From assembly GCA_038883715.1 (NCBI GenBank), contig JAVZLS010000003.1, positions 1-64,000 of the forward strand: DNA of 64,000 bases. The letters are read 5' to 3'. Under the pieces are notes generated by a model. It worked only from the letters and a program-made list of their open reading frames with translations. It did no database searches and had not been told where the DNA came from. Of the stretch, positions 48,313 through 57,457 are shown piece by piece. The stretch comes from Candidatus Bathyarchaeia archaeon (GTDB lineage Archaea; Thermoproteota; Bathyarchaeia; Bathyarchaeales; Bathycorpusculaceae). Each line of letters begins with the position of its first letter. The first letter of the stretch is position 1. The translations under genes and the position numbers were made by a program.

Positions 48313-50105
48313 TACGTATGAAAAAGTCCGGAAACACCCATTACATATTGGTCCTCGGCTTCCTACTCCTGTTACTGCTTTTCTCCCTTCTATTTCTTGT
48401 TGGAAAGAATAACGGGGCAACATCTGACGTGGAAGGAGAAACTTCACGAGAGAGTGATGCTGAGGATCACGTCTCCGTTTCTGAAACAACACCATTTAGT
48501 GGGGAAAACCCCTTGTCTAAAGCCTTAAACTATTTGAAAAACATTCAACAATCCGACGGCAAAATATCAGATTTCGCAACCTCATGTTGGGCGGTTATGG
48601 CGATTGCCGCCTCTGGCGAAAACCCCTACAGCTGGAAGGGATCGAGCGGAAAATCCATAGTTGACTACCTAATCGAGAACAGAGGCCAAGTTAATTTGAA
48701 CGTTCCCACGGATGTTGCACGGTTTATTTTGGCAATGACCGCCGCTGGAGAGAATCCAAGAAACATAGGCGGCACAAATTATGTTGAAATTCTTAAAGGC
48801 TTCTTTTCCAATGGACAAATTGGAAGCGAGTCGCAATTAAATGATGATTTTTGGGCTGCTATGGCGCTGGTTTCAGCTGGCGAGGCTGCAAACTCAACAA
48901 TTATTCAAGGGTCAGTTAACTTTATTAAAGCACATCAGAATGCTGATGGTGGTTGGAGCTGGGCTGTTGGCGGGACAAGCGACGTGGACGACACAGCCGC
49001 AGCGATTATGGCTTTAATCTCCGCTGGCGAGGACAACTCAACAAGCACCATTGTAAATGCGCTGCAGTTCTTAAGAGGTCAGCAACAATCCAACGGGGGA
49101 TTTCCATGCTTTGGCGTTATAAACAGTGCTTCTGACTCTTGGGCTATAGGCGCCATATGCAGCGCTGGGCAAAAACCAGGAGACTGGAAAGTGAACAACA
49201 TAAGCGTAATTGACCACCTCTTAAGTCTCCAAAATGCTGATGGCTCGTTTAATTGGACGACGAACACTCCAGCCAATAAGGCGCTTATGACGTCCTATGC
49301 CATCGTCGCTCTATGTTCGAGACAGTATCCAACCAACGGCTTACCCGTCTACGTTAGAATCGAAGGAAAGCAGATAACCATTTGGCGGCGCAAGGTTTTC
49401 GTGGCGGCATCCATAATCGTCGACGACGCCGGACAGACGCACTATCTGCCAAAGCCAACGGTGCTTGGAGCCTTAGACAAGGCGTCTGAAATCGGCGGAT
49501 TCGCTTATAAAGTTAGACAAACAGCCTTAGGCTTGTACGTCTACTTAATAGCTGGAGAGGAAGCCACTGGACTATCCGGGTGGATGTACCGTGTAGACTA
49601 TTACATGCCTAATGTTGGCATGGCTGATTTTGAATGGAATGTTACATCGCCTCCAAATCCGCCCCACAAGGAACTGCTAATTTATTATGGTGATTGGACC
49701 AGTATGCCGCTGAAAATTTGGGTGGACAAGACTGAAGTACATCTTGGAGAAAACATAACGGTGCTTGTGACATACTACAATGACACAAACGGTGGTTGGC
49801 ACCCCCTCCAAGGAGCAGCGGTTCACTTCCTAAACAGAAGATACACAACCAATGCAACAGGCTATGTGACCATTACCGTGAGATACGATCCGCCCGTCTG
49901 GGCTGAAAAGGAAGGTTTCATACGAAGTGACATAATCGAAGTTAAGATAATCAACAATCCAATAAGCTCTAACACAGCAAGTAATCAACAAAATTCTGAA
50001 AATACAACTCAAAAGAACGAAATAAACTCCTCCCTTTCTTTCGGGTTTCTTGAGAGGCAGCTAGCTTGGCTAACATTTCAGTTTTGTGAAATAATAATCC
50101 GCTGA
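48309..50105 (+). CDS. Prenyltransferase-like alpha/alpha-barrel repeats + DUF4430-like domain surface protein
   Basis: Repeats QQSDG, HQNADGGW, QQSNGGF, LQNADGSF; then TVLGALD...GLYVYLIAG...GWMYRVD; N-terminal TM. Confidence 0.8.
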   Translation: MIRMKKSGNTHYILVLGFLLLLLLFSLLFLVGKNNGATSDVEGETSRESDAEDHVSVSETTPFSGENPLSKALNYLKNIQQSDGKISDFATSCWAVMAIAASGENPYSWKGSSGKSIVDYLIENRGQVNLNVPTDVARFILAMTAAGENPRNIGGTNYVEILKGFFSNGQIGSESQLNDDFWAAMALVSAGEAANSTIIQGSVNFIKAHQNADGGWSWAVGGTSDVDDTAAAIMALISAGEDNSTSTIVNALQFLRGQQQSNGGFPCFGVINSASDSWAIGAICSAGQKPGDWKVNNISVIDHLLSLQNADGSFNWTTNTPANKALMTSYAIVALCSRQYPTNGLPVYVRIEGKQITIWRRKVFVAASIIVDDAGQTHYLPKPTVLGALDKASEIGGFAYKVRQTALGLYVYLIAGEEATGLSGWMYRVDYYMPNVGMADFEWNVTSPPNPPHKELLIYYGDWTSMPLKIWVDKTEVHLGENITVLVTYYNDTNGGWHPLQGAAVHFLNRRYTTNATGYVTITVRYDPPVWAEKEGFIRSDIIEVKIINNPISSNTASNQQNSENTTQKNEINSSLSFGFLERQLAWLTFQFCEIIIR

Positions 50106-50120
50106 ATCTAACACGAGCTG

Positions 50121-50687
50121 GTGGGCTGGATGGATTGCAGACGTGTTGCAATGTTGGCGATACTGACGGCATTATGTGTTGCGCTTCAGATAACCCCAAG
50201 GCTACCTAACGTTGAGGCCACATCCCTCATCTCCTTTTTGGTTGGATTCTTGTTCGGCGCAAGCTTCGGAGCTATTTTAGGAGCCTTAACAATGTTTATT
50301 AACGGATTTCTTTCGCCATGGGGTCTTGCCGGGATAATAATGCCTTTCCAAATGGCTGGAATGGCCCTAATAGGGCTCGCTGGAGGAGTTTACCGCAAAG
50401 TTTTAGGTGGAAATCCCAAAGAGGCAGTCAATACAACAAAAATTTTAAAATTGGAAGTTTCATTCCTTGCGGCTTTCCTCACTCTCATATATGATATACT
50501 GACGAATATTGGTTGGGCTTTGCCTTCAGAAACACCAATTATTGCCGCATTAATCCAAGGCGTATGGTACAGCGTAATCCACGTAGTGTCGAATGCCGTG
50601 TTTTTCGGAGGGGCATTTTTTATTCTGGTTAGGATCATAGGTAATTTGCTAGGTGAAAATCTATGGAGATCACAAAAAGAAGTTTAG
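50121..50687 (+). CDS. ECF transporter S component (CbrT-like)
   Basis: LAILTALCVALQ, LPNVE, G...G pattern, PFQMAG, LTLIYD, HVVSNAVF. Confidence 0.8.
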   Translation: MGWMDCRRVAMLAILTALCVALQITPRLPNVEATSLISFLVGFLFGASFGAILGALTMFINGFLSPWGLAGIIMPFQMAGMALIGLAGGVYRKVLGGNPKEAVNTTKILKLEVSFLAAFLTLIYDILTNIGWALPSETPIIAALIQGVWYSVIHVVSNAVFFGGAFFILVRIIGNLLGENLWRSQKEV

Positions 50688-51127
50688 TGATATTTGGCTT
50701 AGGATGGCTAACCTCCCTTGTGCTTATAGGCTGTATTGCCGGATACTATTACGTAGAATACCAAAACTTGCTCAAAAGATTTGAAGAGTACAAGCGCCAG
50801 CCCTTGTTTATGCGCGTCAATATATGCATTAATTACGCTGAGTGGAACGGAACCTTAGTTTGGTATAATAACACGTTTGTACCTTTAGGGTGCAGCCTTT
50901 TAAATGCAACCCGGATGATCGCAGTTGTAAGCTTTACTTATTGGAAATCGTATGATGCAAGTTTTGTAGACGCCATAAACAACATCGCAAACAACGGAAG
51001 TAGGTACTGGATGTGGTACCGTTGGACAGGTAGCCGTTGGGAATACGGGCATGTCGGTGCAGATAAATATGTTTTATCCCCTGAAGAGACAGTGATGTGG
51101 CGATACGAGACTCCACATTACCCATGA
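50663..51127 (+). CDS. Membrane-anchored single DUF4430-domain protein
   Basis: N-terminal TM; SLLNATRMIA, FVDAINNIAN...YWMWYRW...WEYGHVGADKYVL...VMWRY. Confidence 0.8.
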   Translation: MEITKRSLVIFGLGWLTSLVLIGCIAGYYYVEYQNLLKRFEEYKRQPLFMRVNICINYAEWNGTLVWYNNTFVPLGCSLLNATRMIAVVSFTYWKSYDASFVDAINNIANNGSRYWMWYRWTGSRWEYGHVGADKYVLSPEETVMWRYETPHYP

Positions 51128-51140
51128 GGAGACAATGCTT

Positions 51141-52415
51141 CTACTCTTGCATTTTGAAGCGTAGAATGGCTGCTATTCCGCCGAATGAATTTTTAAGCAT
51201 CTGTCCCTCTTCAGTTTCTTCAGAGATTATTTCGACTTCTGTGTTTGCGTATTCGGCTAGTTGGGCGAAGTTTTCTATCAACTCCTGCTTTTCAACAATG
51301 TTTAACGATGGGGCCTTACATTTTGGGCATGGTTTTCCAATAAGGCTTTGCTCGAAACTTGCTAGCATGGGGCTTTTAACTGTATGCTGCTCCTCATAAC
51401 TGCATGCACTGCACTTGACCTTCACACGCGCGATATCGAGACCTTCTGAAAGCAATAGAGTCTTGACGGCGCCAGCTTCCAAGGCTTTTCTAACGGCTTC
51501 TTCCCCATAAGTGGCAAAACCAGTATCGTGACCAATTTCGTATAGGAACTGCTGCATTATTTGCCTCTCTTCTATGTAACGGATTTTCCTCATAATCTCT
51601 GGCGCCTTGTCCACTATTTCCTTTACCCCTTGTTCGTCAACGTAAGCCGTGTCAACAGTGTCAATGATTTTCTCCTTCAGCTGGTAATTTAGGTAGTCGC
51701 CTTTCTCGAAGTCGTATTTAGTTGGTCCGGGTCCACCAATTATTATGCCCTTCAAATTCTCTATGGGAAGGAAAACTTCGTTTGCATGTTCGCCCACACG
51801 TCTAAAATACTCTTGGAGACGCATTTCCCTAAGCCTTTCAAACCTTCTGGCAGATTGTCCTCCGGCACGAGTTTTTCCCGGAACACCGGATGTCACTTCC
51901 CTAACTATTTCGAGTCTTCGGCCCTGAAGGGTTGCAAGGGTTGCGGCTGTCGCGTCTATGAGGAGAATGCCATAAGTCTCTTTTTCTCGCAAAAGCTCTT
52001 GCAAATGTTCAGTGTGGAAGCGGGAGTCGCATCTGTAAAGGTATATGTTTATGGGCTCCGGCGGTATAATCACGTACGTCTCGATTTTTTCGCTTCCGGC
52101 GCCATTTTGGGGAACCGCCCCACAAAATATTACAAGTCCGTTTTCTGGAGTTTCCTTGAAAAGTTTTAGGCGCTGCTGAACCTTGACAATGGCGTCTTGG
52201 ACATTTTTGCGGGTTGTTGTGGACTTTATGTTGGAAGCGGTGCCGTATTCCTCCCTAAGCATGTTCATGACTTCGCTTATCTGCTTCCCTGGTGGAATGT
52301 AAAGCGAAATGAGTTCTGTTCCTCGTCCCTCTTTATTGGCTAGCGTGTTCAGTATCTTTTTTAACCGAAAGATTTCGAGGGACGTCCTTCTTTTAGGAGT
52401 GCTCAAATTTTTCAC
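51141..52415 (-). CDS. prf1: Peptide chain release factor aRF1
   Basis: GTELISLYIPP, ASNIKS, YRCDSRF, GGQSARRF, Zn minidomain CSAC...CPKC, FGGIAAILRF. Confidence 0.97.
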   Translation of the reverse strand: MKNLSTPKRRTSLEIFRLKKILNTLANKEGRGTELISLYIPPGKQISEVMNMLREEYGTASNIKSTTTRKNVQDAIVKVQQRLKLFKETPENGLVIFCGAVPQNGAGSEKIETYVIIPPEPINIYLYRCDSRFHTEHLQELLREKETYGILLIDATAATLATLQGRRLEIVREVTSGVPGKTRAGGQSARRFERLREMRLQEYFRRVGEHANEVFLPIENLKGIIIGGPGPTKYDFEKGDYLNYQLKEKIIDTVDTAYVDEQGVKEIVDKAPEIMRKIRYIEERQIMQQFLYEIGHDTGFATYGEEAVRKALEAGAVKTLLLSEGLDIARVKVKCSACSYEEQHTVKSPMLASFEQSLIGKPCPKCKAPSLNIVEKQELIENFAQLAEYANTEVEIISEETEEGQMLKNSFGGIAAILRFKMQE

Positions 52416-52479
52416 TTAAAGCTTAATGCTATAAGGCTACATGGCAACGAGCCAAATAAAAATATTGGACAAATAAAGG

Positions 52480-53463
52480 TTAGGACAAGCCTAAAACTTC
52501 TCTCAGAAAAGCCTTATATGGTCCAAGTTTTCCACCATAGTTGCCAGCTGAAATTCGCAGAACGCCTGGAACATTTATGGCCGCCTTTATGCCTTCTCCC
52601 ATAGCCTTCTTAACAGCTTCAACCGTCAAGCCGTTAATGACTATTTCATAGACGGCGTTAACGTCTTCTGGCAGCTGAGAGTCTTCCACAACTTTCTTCA
52701 GTGTTGGACAGAAGGGATGGTTTGTTGAAGCTTTAAGCTTATATTTTAAGGAGCCAGCTTTAGAGCCGGATCGGCAGACTCCGCCTGGAAAAGGCATTAT
52801 AACTCCGCTTGCGCCATTTTTTATTGCTTTTACGGCTTCCTCTGCGGCTTGCAGTCCCGAGTTTTTGTCCTTTGCCAGTATGAGGAAGTTCCCCCCGGCA
52901 ACAGCCTCTACAACACCAAAAGCGTCTTCCACTATGAATTCACCTTCCATAACCGGGATTCTCCAAACCTTTCTGCCACCAACAATGCCCTTCCTTTGGA
53001 AGCCATCACCAAAATAGCGGAGGCTTCGCCCAACTTTCACCCTTCTTTTTGCTTCTAGCAAAGCGTCGAAAGCCGCCGTTGTTGGACAAGTCATTATGCA
53101 CTGTCCAATGCGTAGAACCATTTGATTCTTCAGATCAAAACGATTCCTATTGTAGATTTGAATTAAGGCGCCCACCCTTCCATCGGGAGTTTTTTCTCCA
53201 GAAACAAGCCCTTCAATTCCAGCTTCAGCGGGAGCCATAATGACGCTTGTGGCAAAGCCTGTTGCCACTTCAGCGGCGGTTAAAGCCCATTTTTCGCTGT
53301 CTGCCGTGATGAGCACTCTCCCAGCCCACATGGGGAATATTTCGGCGAAGGTGTCTGAAACTTTTACGGTGTGACCCCCTTGGGACTTTATTATGAGGCA
53401 TGGTCCAAACTTGTCCTTTTCATCGCAGCCGACTATTTCAAGTTTGGCTTCGCTTGGCACCAT
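52480..53463 (-). CDS. ftr: Formylmethanofuran--tetrahydromethanopterin N-formyltransferase
   Basis: DTFAEIF, TGFATSVI, EAGIE, TPDGR, RIGQCIMTCPTTA, FGDGFQ, GGNFLI, PFPGGVCRSGSK, ASTN, AGNYGGKLG. Confidence 0.95.
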   Translation of the reverse strand: MVPSEAKLEIVGCDEKDKFGPCLIIKSQGGHTVKVSDTFAEIFPMWAGRVLITADSEKWALTAAEVATGFATSVIMAPAEAGIEGLVSGEKTPDGRVGALIQIYNRNRFDLKNQMVLRIGQCIMTCPTTAAFDALLEAKRRVKVGRSLRYFGDGFQRKGIVGGRKVWRIPVMEGEFIVEDAFGVVEAVAGGNFLILAKDKNSGLQAAEEAVKAIKNGASGVIMPFPGGVCRSGSKAGSLKYKLKASTNHPFCPTLKKVVEDSQLPEDVNAVYEIVINGLTVEAVKKAMGEGIKAAINVPGVLRISAGNYGGKLGPYKAFLREVLGLS

Positions 53464-53606
53464 ATTCAAACCTAGCTTTGAGGATAGGCATAATCTCATT
53501 TAAGACTTTTCGCTACAAGCGGCGGAATGCCATGTTAGCAGCTTTAAATGGATAATTGCCAAACAGCCTTTAGAAGCCTAAACTATTTATTCCTTAACTC
53601 TATAAG

Positions 53607-54665
53607 GTGCTAACCATGAAAACTGCCAAAGTTAGCTTTGAAGAGTCCATAGCTGAGGCTGTTGTCAAAACTGGAAAATGCGTTTGCTGCGGCACATGCG
53701 TGCTTGTTTGCCCTTTCAACTGCCTTGAGTATGCTGAAGAAAAGCCTAACCTAGTAAAAGAATGCAAAGTTTGCGGCATATGCGCGCAAGCATGCCCCCA
53801 ATACGACTTTCCACTATCAAAAATTGAGAATTTTGTGTTTGAAAAAGAACGAAAGCCCAATGAAGCTTTTGGAATTTACAAAAGACTCGCCTTAGCAAGG
53901 GCTACTGACAAACAAATTTTAGAAAAATGCCAAGACGGCGGAGCTGTGACGGCTTTACTTTTATTCGCCCTAAAAAATGGCATTATTGACGGGGCAATAG
54001 TTGCGAAGAGCGAGCGGGAAAAGCCATTCTACCCGCATCCGACACTTGCCACATCAGCCGATGATATATTACAAGCGGCCGGAACGAAGTACTTTTACTC
54101 GCCAAATGTCCTTGCTATAACAAAAGCTTTGGAACAGAAACTTGGAAAAATAGCGTTAGTCGGAACACCATGCCAAATTCGCGCAGTAAGAAAAATGCAG
54201 TTTGTCGGGCTTAAGAAATATATCACTCCATTAAAATTTCTAATCGGGCTAGCATGCTCCGAGTGTTTCATTTATGACGGACTTATGAAACAGCACATCA
54301 TCGGAAAGCTGGGAGTAGACCCAAATCGCATCAGGAAAATCAACATTAAGGGCAAAATGCTGTTGACACTAGAGACTGAAACGGTGGCAATACCACTCAC
54401 GGAAGCAAAACAATACGCAAGAAAAAGCTGCCACTTCTGCGAAGACTTCAGTTCAGAGTTGGCTGACATTTCTGTCGGCGGACTTGGCCTTGAAGGATGG
54501 ACCTTTGCGATTATACGCACAAAGCAAGGCGAAGAACTATTTTCCAGCGCGGAAAAAGCTGGAGCTATTATAACCAAAGAGGCAAGCACCGAAGCAAACG
54601 CCCTAAACTTACTGATTAAACTTTCTGCGAAGAAAAGAACCGCAGCTAAAGAGTTGGCAAAATAA
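53607..54665 (+). CDS. FrhB/FpoF-like F420-dependent oxidoreductase subunit with N-terminal 2[4Fe-4S] domain
   Basis: CVCCGTCVLVCP and CKVCGICAQACP; QDGGAVTALL, AAGTKY, VGTPCQ, IGLACSECF, CHFCEDFSSELADISVG. Confidence 0.9.
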   Translation: MLTMKTAKVSFEESIAEAVVKTGKCVCCGTCVLVCPFNCLEYAEEKPNLVKECKVCGICAQACPQYDFPLSKIENFVFEKERKPNEAFGIYKRLALARATDKQILEKCQDGGAVTALLLFALKNGIIDGAIVAKSEREKPFYPHPTLATSADDILQAAGTKYFYSPNVLAITKALEQKLGKIALVGTPCQIRAVRKMQFVGLKKYITPLKFLIGLACSECFIYDGLMKQHIIGKLGVDPNRIRKINIKGKMLLTLETETVAIPLTEAKQYARKSCHFCEDFSSELADISVGGLGLEGWTFAIIRTKQGEELFSSAEKAGAIITKEASTEANALNLLIKLSAKKRTAAKELAK

Positions 54666-54743
54666 AGTGAGGCTGGCACACGCTTTTCTGAAATACTTAT
54701 AAACATTGTTTTCTAAATATGGCTTCAAGCTCGATGCCTTAAG

Positions 54744-55643
54744 GTGCGCTCCGTGAAGAAGGTCAAGATCGGCGTCTTCAAATGTGGCAACATTGGAACT
54801 GCACCCTTGCTTGAACTTCTTTTCGATGAGTTGGCCGATAGAGAGGACATAAGCGTTCGAACGATAACAACTGGAGCGAAAATGCTTGCGGAAGAAGTCG
54901 CAGAAGCCTTACCAAAAATCTTTAACTTCAATCCAGACTTCATAATTTTCATTTCGCCAAACCCGGCGGTTCAAGGACCCAGAAAAGCCATGGAAATCCT
55001 CTCGGAAAAGAAGATTCCGAGCATCTTCATCTCCGACGCCCCGGGCAAACGCCTAAAAGAGGAATTTGAAAAACAAGGCTTCGGTTACATCATAGTTATG
55101 GGTGACCCTCTTATAGGGGCTAGAAAAGAGTTTCTAGATCCGACTGAAATGGCGATTTTCAATTCAAATGTGATAAAGGTGCTGGCAATCACAGGTGCCT
55201 ACAGAATGATTTACCAAGAAATCGACCGAATCATCCACTGCTGCAAGGAAGACATAGCGTTTGAACCGCCACGTCTAATCATAGACACCGACAATATTAG
55301 GGATAGTTCTGACTTTAGGAACCCATATGCTCTTGCAAAGGCTATGGCAGCTTACGAGCTGACAAAGAAAATTGCGGAAATAAATACACGAGCATGTTTT
55401 ATGGAAAAAGATAAGGAGAAATATATCCCGTTGGTGGCGTGCGCCCATGAAATCGCGCAAGTTGCAGCCAGCCTTGCCGAAGAGGCTAGAGAAATTGAGA
55501 AGTATGCGGATACTCTTGTTAGGAGACCCCACTCTAGGGAGGGAAAATTAAAAGTTAAGGACAAGTTGATGTTGCCTCCTACTTTTGATGAGGAAATTTA
55601 CCAGAAATGGCTTAAGACGTTGAAGCTGAGAGGCAACCCATAG
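54744..55643 (+). CDS. mtd: F420-dependent methylene-H4MPT dehydrogenase
   Basis: KCGNIGT, DELADREDI, GAKM, SPNPA..GP, DPLIGARKEFLDPTEMAIFN, F.NPYA.AKAMAA, AHE, AREIEK, RRPH. Confidence 0.93.
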   Translation: MRSVKKVKIGVFKCGNIGTAPLLELLFDELADREDISVRTITTGAKMLAEEVAEALPKIFNFNPDFIIFISPNPAVQGPRKAMEILSEKKIPSIFISDAPGKRLKEEFEKQGFGYIIVMGDPLIGARKEFLDPTEMAIFNSNVIKVLAITGAYRMIYQEIDRIIHCCKEDIAFEPPRLIIDTDNIRDSSDFRNPYALAKAMAAYELTKKIAEINTRACFMEKDKEKYIPLVACAHEIAQVAASLAEEAREIEKYADTLVRRPHSREGKLKVKDKLMLPPTFDEEIYQKWLKTLKLRGNP

Positions 55644-55722
55644 TTTTGTATATACGCCATTAATACATATATATGATATTTCGAATAAGTATATATTTTC
55701 CGCCTTCTATTTTAGCTCTCAG

Positions 55723-57444
55723 GTGAAAACAATGAAAGCTCTTGAAATAACACCTTTAGAAGGAAAAACTTTAAGGGTAATAATAGTCGAGAAAGAATAC
55801 AGCGAACCATTCTGGATCGCAGAGCCCACAAACAATCACACACCAAAAAACATCCTGTCATCCAGATTTAAGCCATCCGTTGCCTTTTGCAGCTTCTTCG
55901 AAAAACTAATAGACGAAGTTAAACCAGACTTCATAACAGAAGAGCTAGGAAACCGCTCACCAAAAGAGTTTAACGAAAACAATGTGCTTGTCCAAATAAG
56001 CCAGAAAACGAAAATCCCCTTCTTCGCCGTCGACATCGACGAAAATGCACGAGGTTATGTGGCTTCTCTAATCGAAGAGAAAAGACAGCTTAGAGACAAA
56101 ATATTGAAGGCATTGGAGGAAATGCCTGAAAACAGCGCCGAAAAGGAGTACTTAATAGCCTATGGGCAATGCTTACAACAGGAAATTGAGGAGTTAGAGC
56201 GTGAAGCGAAGTTTTCAGTTAGGGAAAGCTGGATAGCTATGGGAATTCTTGAAAATGCGAGAAGCCTAGAAAAAACAGAGGTTACATGCCTACACATATC
56301 AAGTCCAGAACATGTAGGCGGAGTCAAAAAGCTTTTAGAGTCCGTGGATGTTGATGTAGAGACAATTCAGCCGACAAAAAAGTTGGTCCTCACAAAGGAG
56401 AAAGCGCCGATGGCTGAGATTGAGGATTTACTCAAATCCATGCAAATCCAAGTTAAACCAGTTATCAGAACAACATCCGAAGAGGCCCCTTACATCCTCT
56501 TCTTCCTAGACACAGACAAGAGGGCAAGCCCCTTCGATATTTGCATGGCCTACGACGCCGGATTCAGCGTTGTAGTCCCATATGAAAACGTAACCACCGA
56601 CGAAGCAAAGAAAATAGTGCAAGACGCCATCTTCTCCAGAGACCCAAAGGGGATTAAGCGCACATGCTTCTTCATAGGCGGAAAAGACATGGAAAAAGCA
56701 GAAGATGTCCTAAAAGTTGTGCGCGAAACCATGTTCCCACCATTCCAAGCCAACACTATAATCGACCCTGCCGGTGCCTACACAACGGCTGCAGCCATGG
56801 TGGCTAAAGTTGAAGATGCCATAGCAAAAGCCAAACTTGGAAACTTGAAGGATAAGCGAGTGGCAATTTTTGGCACAGGAGCCGTTGGAAGGGTTGCAGC
56901 CATTTTATTGGCTAAGCTTGGATGCGCCGTCAAGATTGTCAGCCCAAACCCTGACAGAAAAGATGGAGACGAATATGTTTCAAAGCTGTCCGCTCTACTC
57001 CGTGAAAGATATGGCGTGGATGTTGAAGGCGTTTTCGCTCCAACACCGGAGAAAAAGGTTGAGGTTATAAATGATGCAGACATTATTCTCTGCGCTTCCG
57101 TTGCTGGCGTCCGCATAATAACTAAAGACATGCTGGAATCAGTGAAATTTGTCAAAGTTATAGCTGATGTCAATGCTGTCCCACCACTTGGAGTGGAAGG
57201 AATGAAACTTGACGATGACATGAGAGAATTTGCCCCAGGAATCTTCGGCATAGGCCCATTAACAATTGGGCGACTCAAGTACAAGCTCGAACGCGAAATC
57301 TTGAGAGAAGCAAGAAGAAATGGTAAAGGAACAGTCTACAACTATAACTACGCAATGGAGTTAGCAAGAAAAATATTGAAGGGCGAACTTCCAGCCGCCA
57401 AGCTTACTGTTACGGTTAGTTATCCTTCAAAGGAACGAAAGTAA
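55723..57444 (+). CDS. NAD(P)-dependent methylene-H4MPT dehydrogenase (MtdB/MtdA-like) with extra N-terminal TraB/Tiki-like domain
   Basis: C-terminal about 320 aa: SPFDICMAYDAG, QDAIFSR, FFIGG, PPF, DPAGAYTTAAAMV, GTGAVG, DVNAVPPLG, IGPLTIG..KY, matching remembered methylotroph MtdB motifs. Confidence 0.88.
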   Translation: MKTMKALEITPLEGKTLRVIIVEKEYSEPFWIAEPTNNHTPKNILSSRFKPSVAFCSFFEKLIDEVKPDFITEELGNRSPKEFNENNVLVQISQKTKIPFFAVDIDENARGYVASLIEEKRQLRDKILKALEEMPENSAEKEYLIAYGQCLQQEIEELEREAKFSVRESWIAMGILENARSLEKTEVTCLHISSPEHVGGVKKLLESVDVDVETIQPTKKLVLTKEKAPMAEIEDLLKSMQIQVKPVIRTTSEEAPYILFFLDTDKRASPFDICMAYDAGFSVVVPYENVTTDEAKKIVQDAIFSRDPKGIKRTCFFIGGKDMEKAEDVLKVVRETMFPPFQANTIIDPAGAYTTAAAMVAKVEDAIAKAKLGNLKDKRVAIFGTGAVGRVAAILLAKLGCAVKIVSPNPDRKDGDEYVSKLSALLRERYGVDVEGVFAPTPEKKVEVINDADIILCASVAGVRIITKDMLESVKFVKVIADVNAVPPLGVEGMKLDDDMREFAPGIFGIGPLTIGRLKYKLEREILREARRNGKGTVYNYNYAMELARKILKGELPAAKLTVTVSYPSKERK

Positions 57445-57457
57445 GCCGTAGCAAAGG

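Noticed and set aside
48309-50105. Squalene-hopene cyclase or prenyltransferase enzyme
   Set aside because: Extracytoplasmic topology, a single barrel, and DUF4430/ECF context favour a binding protein; the DVDDTA segment resembles the cyclase DxDD motif, so catalysis is not fully excluded
52480-57444. Evidence of methanogenesis
   Set aside because: No mcr or mtr genes in the window; H4MPT genes alone also fit acetogenesis or C1 oxidation
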